A stretch of DNA of 63,204 bases, filler included, from Octopus bimaculoides (taxonomy: Eukaryota): the NCBI RefSeq assembly GCF_001194135.2. It is 9 parts of 8 records of this genome, joined end to end, with 100 filler letters (N's around TTAATTAATTAA, not from the genome) between each part and the next. Parts side by side here need not be neighbours in the genome. Positions count along the whole stretch, not along the records: positions 32,164 to 48,756 come from NC_068987.1; positions 48,857 to 51,422 come from NC_069002.1; 7 more parts are not named here. The stretch is one strand, 5' to 3'. The position numbers were made by a program, and so were the translations under genes. Positions 37,340 through 50,017 of this stretch are shown piece by piece. Below the pieces are notes generated by a model. The model saw only the letters and a list, made by a program, of their open reading frames with translations, had not been told where the DNA came from and did no database searches. How positions within the stretch are numbered: position 1 is the first letter of the stretch; every line of letters begins with the position of its first letter.

Positions 37340-37529
37340 CTTGAACAAGATTAAGCCCAACTTCATCACAAAATACAGCGTGCTCTCCACCTTCTATTAC
37401 CTCATTAAAATACATAAACCAGGACCAAATTTAAAAATTAGACGTGTTGTCTCCAGTATTAACGGATTCTTTTACAATATCCCTTGCCTTCTATCGAATA
37501 TTCTCAAGCCACTGTTATTCTTAGTATAG
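37340..37529 (+). mobile_element. PLE reverse transcriptase N-terminal relic
   Basis: TFYYLIKIHKPGPNLKIRRVVSSINGFFYNIPCLLSNILKPL matches the PLE RT motif YGLPKIHKxxxPLRPIVSSI...LxxILKPL. Confidence 0.78.
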
Positions 37530-37611
37530 CATATTCTTAGCATAATCGGGACAGCATCCCAACAGTTGGCCATTCACCCAGTGCTCAGAAGATATTTCAT
37601 TCACCAATAAT

Positions 37612-38084
37612 TATTGATACCCTATAAGTCTAAGTGTTAGGTGAAGGGCACAGTAGATTATTGTTCTCACATATCGGTCAGTATTGTTGCTGCATACAAA
37701 AATTATCCTAGACTGCATCCAGAAATGAGCCACACATCTGATTAGCATAATGACAGCGACGGATACTCCCACTTTTACCTGCCCCTTTTCTCCCGTTACC
37801 ATGATGAATTCTGGTCCTCCGAGTTGATTGGGTCCATACCATCTCTACACAAGCATTCCAGTCCAACTCATCTCTTCTCATCTCATCATACGTGCTACGT
37901 CCCAACTAGAGATCCCGCAATAATTCTTACTCATTTAGAACGTTAGCCTCTGGAATTCCTTTCATTCCTGTAGATGTTGCCTTAAAATTTTCAGTAGGAA
38001 TATTAATGACATTAGTCTAGCCATTCTAGTAGTATTTACATAGGTCATAGGTACTGCCTCTTCCTCCACACCTAGTAAGTAACA

Positions 38085-38140
<56 letters not shown>

Positions 38141-38142
38141 AA
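37612..38142 (+). mobile_element. CR1-clade LINE ORF2 3' end with (AAAG)n at the tail
   Basis: Frameshifted segments PYKSKC*VKGTVDYCSHI, ILDCIQK*ATHLI, FSRYHDEFWSSELIGSIP and LWNSF...IFSRNINDISL match CR1-type C-terminal motifs (YCSHIW, LDRIQ, CSSEL, LWNSLP). (AAAG)n is at 38084-38142. Confidence 0.72.
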
Positions 38143-39348
38143 ATGAGAAAAAATGCCAATGTATCTGTGATTATGATGTAGCATTATTTTCCCACGTCCT
38201 TTCGCGTCTCGATTTACAATAGCTGATTGATTAGGTATAGATTTTTGCAGAGACATTAGTCATCATTTTCGATTTTCTTATTAGATGTTGTTGAACATAA
38301 TTACTAATCTAAATAACACTAATTACTCAACTTTGTTCTGTCGATTTATGAGTTAGTCTTGAAATCCTTTTATCTATAAAAACTGTTAAATATATATATA
38401 TATATAATTTTTTTTTCTCTATGTCTACAAGTCTCTGAAATCCTCTTATGCAACCCTACCCTTCAGATTTTCCCATCTGTGTAAAGATTCTTATTAAATA
38501 TATCTATAAAATACACTCTTATATTTCGAAAAGAAATAATATTATACATTAAGGCAGTTCCTAAGTATCATGTGTTATATTCTGTTCCAACATATGATGT
38601 TGAAATATAAAATATCAAACATAGTAATGCTAATTCCGTTATCGTCAACTTGCTATTTGTTTATTAACAAAGATCAAATTTCATTCAAAATTATTTCCTT
38701 CGCAAAATACTCTTTTATAATGAAATAGATTCCAGGCAAATGATTTAAAGCAAGTAAGTTTGTGTCAGTACAGTAGCAAATTCAATATACACCACAACTG
38801 GTGGGTTGTCTCTTGATGTTACAATATTTAATCAACTCAATGGCTCAGGTTTGATTTCGATTTCAAGTTTTAACAAATAAGCTACAGCTTTCTTGCTAAT
38901 GATTTTGTTTCAGTTAACAAAATTCTATCTAATATATATTTATATATATATATATATACATACATACATACAAACATACAAACATACATACATACATACG
39001 TACATACATGCATGCATACATGCATGCATACATACATACATATATANNNNNNNNNNNNNNNNNNNNNNNNNNNNNNNNNNNNNNNNNNNNNNNNNNNNNN
39101 NNNNNNNNNNNNNNNNNNNNNNNNNNNNNNNNNNNNNNNNNNNNNNNNNNNNNNNNNNNNNNNNNNNNNNNNNNNNNNNNNNNNNNNNNNNNNNNNNNNN
39201 NNNNNNNNNNNNNNNNNNNNNNNNNNNNNNNNNNNNNNNNNNNNNNNNNNNNNNNNNNNNNNNNNNNNNNNNNNNNNNNNNNNNNNNNTATATATACATA
39301 CATACATATACACACACACACACATACACAAACACACACACACATATA

Positions 39349-39384
<36 letters not shown>

Positions 39385-39835
39385 TGTATACATACATACA
39401 CACAAGCGCATCACATCTACACATACACATACATCACATACACAAACCGTATTTTAGAGTGTCTCTAAGATTTCAGCAAGAACTGTATGCATCTAAAATG
39501 AATTAAATACAAAGAAAACTAAACGCAACTGTCTTTTATTCAATGTCTTCGTTTGTAGACGCAGTGACGACTGAAAACTGATTTGGTATAAAGTAGAGAA
39601 TAGCGTCAAAGCACACGCTGCTTGACGTGAATGTAATTTTTGTATACATAATTTATACATGCATTCATGTCGTAAAAGCACATACGTATAAGCACACACA
39701 CACGCACAGACGCACGCACACACACGCAGGCACACATACACACACAGGCACACACACGCAAACACACGTATACATACACACATATATTGCATATGCATAA
39801 GTACTTATGTATGTTTATGCGTATACAAATATATG

Positions 39836-39877
<42 letters not shown>

Positions 39878-39992
39878 TATGTGTGTGTGTGTACGCTAAC
39901 ACACACACACATTCACAGACATCGCATACGTTCGCGCGCACGCATCTATATATATATATATGAATATATGTATATACATATGATATAATATA

Positions 39993-40054
<62 letters not shown>

Positions 40055-41744
40055 TCAGAGAACTGTAAATCATTATTTATACTCTTCGGAAGTTGTCATT
40101 TTTGGGAGCAAGAGTCGAGAACGGAATGCGTGGAATAAAGATGAAGTGAAAGCGATAAAATTATAAAGGCCAAACGAGAAGCACGCAAGGCATGGTGGTC
40201 TTGTATATGTATATATGCCTTCATACGAGCGTATATACACATAATTTCTATCATATATATTATATCCATTCATTTACAAAAACATTGCTGAAACTCTGCC
40301 ATTGATAATCTAGAGATAACCTCACCTTTTCAGTCTCTGGTCGCATTTTACTTCCAGTTGTCTTGAAATGTGGAGTAACGGTGAATCAATATGGGACATC
40401 AGTTCCAACCCACCATTGGAAATGTATTTCATTATTTCTAAAATGTGTCCAACTACACCATTTTGAACAAATGTACATGCATGGAACTGCTTTAAGTCAA
40501 ATTTTGATGAAATTATCTGCGACATTTTCAGCAAGAAAGAACATAGGGTTAGTACAATCTATTTGACGGCACATAATGTATATGCTATCAAATATGTTAT
40601 GGGTATATATCTGTAATGAGAAAAGGGTGATGCTCGAAATCGAGTCGACACCCCCCCCCACACACACACACAAAAGTATATAAATATATAAATAGAAATA
40701 CATATATGGGTGTTGATATATGTTTGATGGATGTATGTGCGAGATTATGACTATGAATGTACTTAATATTATTTTGAAGCCAAGCCGATATGATGAATTT
40801 CAATAGAAATTTGAAACACATAACTAATTGATTTAAGCAGAACAGACGTTTATGATTTTTATCCTTGGATCAACTTCAAACGGTCGAATTGGTGGCGGAA
40901 AGAGAAAAGTAATTTCTGAAAAAAATCGAAAAATATCAACGGCTCCTTTTCTACGAGAACGTTCAATTTGAAATTTTTGATACCGCAAACCCTTGCTTGC
41001 AGCTATTTACGAGGATGCAAGAAAGCCACGGCGATCACGATAGACTAAGGGCTTATGTTGTTTTTGAAACGACACGAATCTACAAATATGACAATTGCCA
41101 TTGTTTATTTATGCAGTTATTGTCACACTAAATATCCTGACAAATTAAAAATATTCTTGATTAACACATAACTATTGTCATGAATGATTTCAAATTTTCG
41201 AAAACATATTTTGTCTTAGAATATTTTAGAAGCAGTTACGTCAGAAATAATCTTCGATATCTACATGCATAGAAGATATTGCGTATAATATTTGATAGAG
41301 ACAATGCATAATCATAGATCAGGATCTCTAAACATTTTTGTTAAAATTAATTCCACTCACCAGGTGGTATATCGAAAAAGAAAATTACAGCCAGAGGTAA
41401 CATCCTTTGTAAATTTGAACATTTATTAATAAATCAATTGTTGCAAATATAATATTCGACAGATATTACACGAAAGCACAATTATGTACGCTTGGAATAT
41501 TTCTCAAGCTAATACACTGACTACGCGAGAATGCTGGCACATAACTTGTATATAAATACATTTCTGGTGGTTAGGATTTTATCCGCTTTTGACGAGTGAT
41601 TTCCTATTTGAGTATGAGATAGCTCTCTGACACTCCGGCATATAACCAGGTTTGAACTACGTAAAACGTAAGAAGTACATATATGCTTATTCATAATGAG
41701 GAAACATTTGTTTTGATATATGAATTGTATAAAAGTTAGGCTCA

Positions 41745-41796
<52 letters not shown>

Positions 41797-42334
41797 GATA
41801 TAAGAGAATTATAATTCGCTTGAAGTAATGTAGTACCGAAGAAGGGAAACAAAGGGGCAAAATAATGCGGCAAATTTTGCATAAACCTTTATATTTCAGG
41901 TGCAAAGGCCCATCCTCAGAAGGAAAGAGTCTGGCAAATGTCCAGTCGCACAGGTTCTGTTAAACTATTCAAACTCCTCAGCGTTAAATTAACAGCAGTA
42001 GCAGTCACTCTCCAGCTGTACGTGTAATCAACACTTCAAGCATTGGTGTAAGCAGACTACCCAGTGTCGGTGTAGGCAACTCACCAAATGTTGGATGATG
42101 TGTCGGGTTAGCAGCAATAGCAGCAACGCTCCATCTCGCAACAACGGTGTAGGGAGTTTCAGGAGTTTAAGGAGTTTCAGAAACACGATGTTTGTAAGCA
42201 TATGGGTACGTGCATGCTGTGTATAGTGTTGTTTATAGTATTGGGAAAGACATCCTATTTCAGACACCGTTTTGAAAATAAATATGGCAACTAACTTTAG
42301 CATGCATTTTACGTGGAGAGTAACATCCCTACAA

Positions 42335-42641
42335 ACTAGCGAATTACCCCATTCGCAACACTAATATGTGCCTACGTACATGCGTAGTATACCAGATACG
42401 ATGCTCCAAATGCAACAATAACTACATCGGTAGCACGGTGCGACTACTCTACATCCGAATGAGGGAGCATCTCACGACCAACACGTCTTCCTTCCGCAAA
42501 CACCTGTTAAGCTCCATCAAAGAGACAGACGCCACCATAGTGGCTTCGGAGAGGAATACTGGTAATCTACGTATAAAAGAAACTCTATGGATCCACTGCC
42601 TCAACGCGAAAATTAGCAGTCGATCGGAATCGATCCTGTAG
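42335..42641 (+). mobile_element. PLE GIY-YIG endonuclease domain, still an open reading frame
   Basis: KLANYPIRNTNMCLRTCVVYQIRCSKCNNNYIGSTVRLLYIRMREHLTTNTSSFRKHL...RNTGNLRIKETLWIHCLNAKISSR*. The VVY-CxxC-YIG motif, the R..EH motif and the conserved E are intact. Confidence 0.88.
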
Positions 42642-43407
42642 CTCTTACTAAAGCATCACAGCGACTGCGATCAACACCGTAATATGCGAATGAAATATGA
42701 AGGTCTTTGTAAAACTTATCGCATTGTCAGAAGCTTTTTTTTACCCCTTTTCTTTCCTTCCTATACATACATATATACATACATACATACATTCATACTT
42801 ACATACATACATACATACCTACATACATACATACATACATACATACATACATACATACACATATATATATATGTATGTATAGGAAGGAAANNNNNNNNNN
42901 NNNNNNNNNNNNNNNNNNNNNNNNNNNNNNNNNNNNNNNNNNNNNNNNNNNNNNNNNNNNNNNNNNNNNNNNNNNNNNNNNNNNNNNNNNNNNNNNNNNN
43001 NNNNNNNNNNNNNNNNNNNNNNNNNNNNNNNNNNNNNNNNNNNNNNNNNNNNNNNNNNNNNNNNNATATATATATATATATATATATATATACGCATATA
43101 TATATGTCTTAAACCATAGACAAATAACTTTTATCCACTAATGCGGATATATATACATACACACACACACATACACACACACACACAAACACACACACAC
43201 GCAAACACACACACACATACACACACACACTCACACATATATATATATATATATATTGTATAAGATGAAGTTAGAGGTCATGCAGCCATCGAAGAGATAG
43301 ATGCATCCGTGGGCACTCCTGGTGTAATACCTCAGTATGTATGGTCCTTGTTATAAGGTATACTGTAGTAGGTAATTTAAAGGTAAAACCGTGGTTTAAT
43401 ATATATA

Positions 43408-44232
43408 GGGACGATAAGAAACGGAGCTATAATTAACAATTGGAAGTGGATCATTGGTGTTTTAAAGTCATTATTTAATTAAAATAAGGGTATATTTACA
43501 GCTGCTTCTATTTATCAAAATGGGGTAAATTTGCATTTACCTCGTTACAATTGATAAACATCTTCAGAACAATTATATGGCAAAGATAAATAGAAGGAAA
43601 GGAAAAAGGAAAAGTGTTCGTTAAATCTTACATTTTAATGACTTACTTAATTCCACGTGTCAGTAGGAGGATAAAAGAGAAGAGAGTTTGTTAAGTCCAA
43701 AGTCTTATATTTAGTTAGTTTCATAATTTCACGTGTCCATAGGGACTAACTTATAAGCGTCATATATGTTCAATAACTACATCGGATATCCCCAATAGCT
43801 ATAACTCCTTCGGCTTACACCACCGCTCAACTAGCCACCATTAGCACCGAATGTACGAACCTACGGACACGTGGAATTATGAAACTAACTAAATTTAAAA
43901 CTACGGACTTAAACTCACTACTCATTTAACCTCCTACTGACACATGGAATTATGTAAGTCAATAAAATGTAAGACTATTGAATTAACGAACATTTTTTTT
44001 TCCTTTTTCATTTTTCCTTTCAATCTATTTTTCTTTCTATTTTTCCTTCTATTTATCTTTACCATATAATTGTTCTGAAGATTTTTATCAATTGTAACGA
44101 AGTAAATCCAAATTTATCCCCTTTTCATAAATAGAAACAGCTGTAAACATACTCTTATTTTACTTAAATAGTGACTTTAAAACACCAATGATCCACTTCC
44201 CACTGTTAATTATAGCTCCATTTATTATCCTC
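43408..44232. mobile_element. ~825-bp foldback element with ~340-370-bp TIRs
   Basis: The left arm (43408-43743) and right arm (43860-44232) are reverse complements, roughly 85-90% identical by eye, with one T-rich indel. The spacer is 116 bp. Confidence 0.85.
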
Positions 44233-44466
44233 TCTCTCTCTCTCTCTCTCTCTCTCNNNNNNNNNNNNNNNNNNNNNNNNNNNNNNNNNNNNNNNNNNNN
44301 NNNNNNNNNNNNNNNNNNNNNNNNNNNNNNNNNNNNNNNNNNNNNNNNNNNNNNNNNNNNNNNNNNNNNNNNNNNNNNNNNNNNNNNNNNNNNNNNNNNN
44401 NNNNNNNNNNNNNNNNNNNNNNNTATATATATATATATATATATTACTTATGGGTAAAGCTACCAT

Positions 44467-44606
44467 AGGTTTCATGTTATGCGAGGTGCCTCAACAATTA
44501 TCAAGCCTATCCCATGGAACATCGATGTTTGTCTCCGGAAAGGAACACCGATGTTCTATGTGATAGACTTGGTAATTGTGGACGGACATCTCTAAACATG
44601 AAACCA
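44467..44606. repeat. ~140-nt imperfect palindrome (tiny MITE or hairpin RNA)
   Basis: GGTTTCATGTT pairs with AACATGAAACC. An inner 36-bp arm ACAATTATCAAGCCTATCCCATGGAACATCGATGTT pairs with 44544-44579 with 5 differences. Confidence 0.8.
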
Positions 44607-46998
44607 CGGATTGTTTAAACACATGTGTGTTGAGCACTCATTCTCATGGTTCAAGATTAACATGTATATATATGTACGGAATCTTGCACATACAGCCTGT
44701 ATGTGTATATATATTTAAATCCCTGCTCAGTTAACGAAGATGTGTGCATGTGAATGTATGTATGTACGTGCTTGTGTGTATCTGTGTGCTTGTATGCGAG
44801 TGTATGTGTGAATGACTGTGTCTAGGGAAGAAACTTGATTTTATTTGTACACACATGAATATTTTCTTGAGTATATATGTGCGTATTTAGGGATAATCCA
44901 ACAATGTATATTTATAGTTTATTTATATACCTATTTTTTAAATTCTGCAATTGCCATTGGTATATTGAGTTTTCTCAAATCGATTATAACCAACTATTTT
45001 TGTTTTATTGAATCTATCCTATGGCAACCACAAAAAGCTACAATATCACGAACAAGACACACCACAATTCTCGCCACCATCCTAAGACAGGCACAATTAG
45101 ATGGATATAGAAACATTAACCGGGAGCTAATATACTCTCCCATAAGGCATACATACACATGTACGCACAGCTACACACCCACACTTGCACACAAATATGG
45201 ACAAACATATATCTTTCAGTTTCAAATTGTGTCCAAGTCATGCAAACGCTAGATGAAAAGTTGGAATTGGTAAAGTCTTAGATGAGTGTCACTAAATATT
45301 TACTGCGTATTTAACTGTTTCCTGTCAGTTAATCGCTTAGATTTCTCTTGGAAGAAGTAGACATTTCAATGTGATCTTTTTATGACCGAACCTCTGTTCC
45401 CGACTTTGAAGAATATTACATTTCTTCACTCGCACGTGCACTCATGAACACCCGCATACTAATATATACGCCAAATATCAACATTATCCAGAGTACGAAT
45501 GTATTTTATGCAACAAATTAGATAAAAATACAATATACAGTATGTTTGTCATTTTTATTATTAGTATTTATATTTCGTATCACTTTCTTTTTGTCACATT
45601 CATATTTTCCTAGACATTTGTACATACATGCATACATACACACACACTCCGCCCAAGCGCGCGCACACGCACATTTATATATTCATACGGATTGATTTTA
45701 AATTAGTCTCTCGTCTTTTGCTTCTTTCTCTGCTTCAAAGCTGTAAACACTTCTAAATTATTTATTATTGTATATTTTTTCATAGTCGTTATATAGTCTT
45801 TTTAAAAATTTTTTTATCGTAACCGATCAAAAGTTGCGTGCATACATTCAAATATGTTCACTATAAGCTTTTTAATATTATTCTCATGCTCGTGTTTTTC
45901 ATTATCGTCCGAATTTCGTGAACGTGAAACAGATTAACTACACTTAAAGATTGAACGCCCGATAATATAAAATGTATAAATCTAACTTTTAATATCGAAT
46001 ACTCTATTTTTTCATCTTGTTTTTCACACTTCTTTTAGTCACAAACACACATACACATACACACTTATGTGCAAACGCACACATGAATATATATTCGTAC
46101 AGGCACCCTCACACATGAATGCGTATATGTGCTTCTTTCATTATAATGCATGCTGATATCTATATGCATATACATGTATGCATGTATATATAAATATGTG
46201 TATGTGTATGCATATGGGAATTTATATGTGTACATATATGTACACATATATATATATATATATGTATATATGTAAGTATATGTATATATATTTACACGCT
46301 CACACACACTCACGCGCACACACGCACACTCACACAAACACGCACACACATATTTAAATTTAGATATCTCCCCACCCATTTCTTTTATATGCTTTTATCT
46401 TATCATCTCCACATAAGTTTTCATTTATTTATCTGTCAACTATGCGTTTTCTCTTCGGCGTTTTACATTTTTATTTTAAATTTCTTCTTTGTCACGTTGT
46501 AGTCTCTTTACTTCCGCGGCTCAAAAAAAAAAAAGAATAAATAAAATAAAATGAAAAAAATGAAAACAAAAATGGAAAAAAAACGAACACTCTACTGCTT
46601 CTCTTTCTAATCAGAGCTATCATCTTTATCTCTACTTGAAATACTGACATTGCCACGTCCTAAACTGTTTCACTACCTCAGCCTCCTTGATTAACAACCG
46701 TGATAATGTTACCACTAATCTTTAGATTCATCATTCACTCAGCTGCTGTTTCTCTTCATGTAACTTTTCTCATCTTCACTCTCTCTCTCTCACATACAAA
46801 GAATATAGACAGTACACATAAATATATACACATTTGAATGCATTCTCGTTAGAGTATATTTTACGTTTTACATGCACACACGTATATTTTTATCCTAAGC
46901 ACTGTTGGATGCAACATTTAAATACATTTGCATATCTAATTCACTATACACACATACACCCGCACATGTACTTATGTATGTGTGTATGTATGTGTGCA

Positions 46999-47034
<36 letters not shown>

Positions 47035-47201
47035 TGTGTGTATTTAAGTACGCATGCGAACGTTTCTGTGTAATCCTTCAAAATTTAATATCTAACACAT
47101 TTTACAAGTATGACCCTTTATAAAGGCAAATATTAATATACCTAAATTTATGCATGCATACATACATACATACATACATACATATGAACACACACACACA
47201 C

Positions 47202-47243
<42 letters not shown>

Positions 47244-47283
47244 NNNNNNNNNNNNNNNNNNNNNNNNNNNNNNNNNNNNNNNN

Positions 47284-47347
<64 letters not shown>

Positions 47348-47474
47348 TGTGTGTGTGTATATGTATATCTATATACATGTGTGTATTTATATATATATGT
47401 ATATTTATGTACATATGTGTGTATATTTATACATGTATGCATATATATATATATATATATATACATACATGTCT

Positions 47475-47507
<33 letters not shown>

Positions 47508-47518
47508 CATACATGTCT

Positions 47519-47550
<32 letters not shown>

Positions 47551-48302
47551 CTATATTGACTTACATTTAAATGTGTTTATATTGATTGTTCAATTATGGA
47601 AAGTTAACACAGAAATGTTTCAATTCTATACTGCACTAAAAGATTTAATCTAAACATTCTCTTGAAATTTTGCATCGACAGATGTAAATAACTTGTTTTT
47701 ATTCTTGAATATATTTTCGTGGACAAAGTAAAAAAAAAATGAAATGGATTAAATTCAATCCTTTTTAGGATTCCATCAGCAACAGTGTAACTTCTTTAAC
47801 TGTCCATAGAGAAACTGTTTATAAGCAAAATCATTTATAAGCGTTAAAATAAATCGGAAGCCTATAAAGCTTTCTTCAAAGACAGTTCGATTAGTAGAAT
47901 GCTTGTACGTTAACAATGTTAATGAAACAGAAAAGACCAAACGGGCCGACATGATAACGCCGACATTTTCCCAGTGCCTGAAAGAGATAAATATGTATCA
48001 TTTAGAAGAGACAGAAAACATAGTTTAATGTTCGAGATGCTCTGAAGAAAACAAAAAAATTCAGACTCTATCTACTTCGTGAGATTTGATCCTGTGTTAG
48101 AAATTAAATATATAAAATAAAACACAACTGCAAGAGGTCGTCACGGACAACACACTCACACACACATGCACGCACACACACACCCGGAGGCACGCACATA
48201 CACAGGCACACACACATAAACACACTTGTATGTATGTATAAATATATAATCCTCGTTATGCATATTTACATATAAGATTAGTTACAATAAACGTACATGT
48301 AA

Positions 48303-48525
48303 AGGCAGCGAGCACGCCTGGCGAAATGCATTAGGATATTTCGTCTGTCGTTACGTTCTGAGTTCAAAATCCGCCTAGGTCGAGTTTGCCTTTTTCTCCT
48401 ATCGGGGTCGATTAAATAATTACCAGTTACGCTCTGGAATCGATATAATCGACTTAATCCGTTTGTCTGTCCTTGTTTGTCCCCTCCATGTTTAGCCCCT
48501 TATGGGCAATAAAGAAATAAGAAAC
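48303..48525 (+). mobile_element. SINE family A copy (variant tail)
   Basis: CCTGGCGAAATGC...GTTCTGAGTTCAAAATCCGCC.AGGTCGAGTTTGCC...GGGGTCGATTAAATAATTACCAG. Confidence 0.8.
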
Positions 48526-48655
48526 GTTAACACGCCAGCTTATATATATATATATATATATATATACTCGTGTGTGTGTGCGAGCGTTTGTATGTGTGTA
48601 CGTGTGAATGTGTATGTGTACGTATGTATATATACATGCTTATATATATATATAT

Positions 48656-48756
48656 GGAGGCGCAATGACCCAGTTGTTAGGGGAGCGGACTCGCGGTCAT
48701 AGCATCACGGTTTCGATTCCCAGACCGGGCGTTGTGAGTGTTTATCGACCGAAAAC
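48656..48756 (+). mobile_element. tRNA-derived SINE family 'B', 5' head (truncated by gap)
   Basis: GGAGGCGCAATGACCCAGTTGTTAGG (A box) and GGTTTCGATTCCC (B box), then GTTGTGAGTGTTTATCGACCGAAAAC as in 57736-58096. Confidence 0.8.
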
Positions 48757-49784
48757 NNNNNNNNNNNNNNNNNNNNNNNNNNNNNNNNNNNNNNNNNNNN
48801 TTAATTAATTAANNNNNNNNNNNNNNNNNNNNNNNNNNNNNNNNNNNNNNNNNNNNATATATAGATAGATAGACAGATAGGGTAGTCACAACTGCAGTGT
48901 CTTCAATCTTGGGTCTGCTTAATCAGGCTTGGCCTTGGGCTAAACAATAACAACATCAAGATTATAATAAGCTAGTGCTCCGGTATGGCCCTTCCAGTGA
49001 TAGAAAGCAAATAAAAGAATGTGTGAATGTTTGTGTAGTTTCTCTTTCATATAAATCACGTCATTGTTGACATAAACTAAAACCAAACCAACGAGTTATG
49101 CGTAACTTATTGGGAAACAAAAAGGAAGAGAAAGAAGCAAGAAAAATAAAAACAAATCAAAAACCAAAAAGGTGAAAAAGTATGAAAAATCAGACAAACA
49201 TGTCTACACAGAAATACTGCTTCTGTTTAGAAACATCTAGAATAATGATGCTCTGAAGACATCACAGTAAATATCAAAGCCATCGAATATCCCATTGCAA
49301 ATTTGAGGATTAATGACACCATCCACATTAATCAGTTAAACCTGTCTATTAACAGCAGGTACAAACTGTATGAAGTGGATTGCTTGTTGCTATTATGCCG
49401 GTTTGTGCATGTCACACTGCACTGGCCTACTTGCCTGCTCACATCTTCTCACCTGTGTACACTAGATACCACTTCACTGTCATCCTCTGTTCCCTTTTGA
49501 TAAAGGGATTTTCACCCCGAAATATTGAGACCATTGTCAACGTCATCATGTTCCCTTTTCTCTGTTAGCACGGGTTAGGCAAAATTCATTGGGGCAGATT
49601 TTCAACGGCCAGATGCCATTCCTGTTGCCATGTAAAAGTAACATTTCACGATGGGACAGAGGAAGCAAACAAGATAGCTTTTTGATGGTGATGCTCATTT
49701 TCAATGTCAAGATAAGGGTACACACACAAACATACATGCACATGAACACACACATGCATATATATAAATATATATATATATATA

Positions 49785-50017
49785 TTGGGTCGGTGCATAA
49801 TTATTGCGAGTTTTTTCAACAAATTTTATTCAACAAAAACAATAACATGTAATAAAAACAGCTTTAAATGATTATTCCGGAGCATATTCCCCATCTACTT
49901 CAATTACTGCTTCCCATTTGCTTGGCAGATGGTCAGATCATCATTTAAAGATGTTTTTGTTAAATATTTTTATTGTTTTTGTTGAATAAAATTTGTTGAA
50001 AAAAATCTGCAATAATT
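49785..50017 (-). mobile_element. Internally deleted mariner (Hsmar1-like TIR) retaining the last 20 transposase codons
   Basis: TA|TTGGGTCGGTGCATAATTATTGCG TIR; ~65-bp inverted arms with the right end in a gap. Minus strand 49872-49934 reads DHLPSKWEAVIEVDGEYAPE*. Confidence 0.85.

Noticed and set aside
41400-41600. Possible further GIY-YIG relic on the minus strand (TRNVFIYKLC...)
   Set aside because: Only a few residues match and no YIG motif is recoverable; too weak to call.
42751-42890. 30-bp inverted duplication around (TACA)n
   Set aside because: It ends exactly at a gap edge and is largely microsatellite; a probable chimeric or inverted read artefact.
48656-48732. tRNA gene (also 6130-6201 and 58025-58096)
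   Set aside because: A/B boxes are present but the cloverleaf arms do not pair properly, and each continues into SINE body sequence.
49445-49462. Minus-strand YTGEK resembling a C2H2 linker / CAG|GTGAGA donor
   Set aside because: There are no flanking Cys/His finger residues and stops follow immediately; there is no supporting acceptor or ORF.
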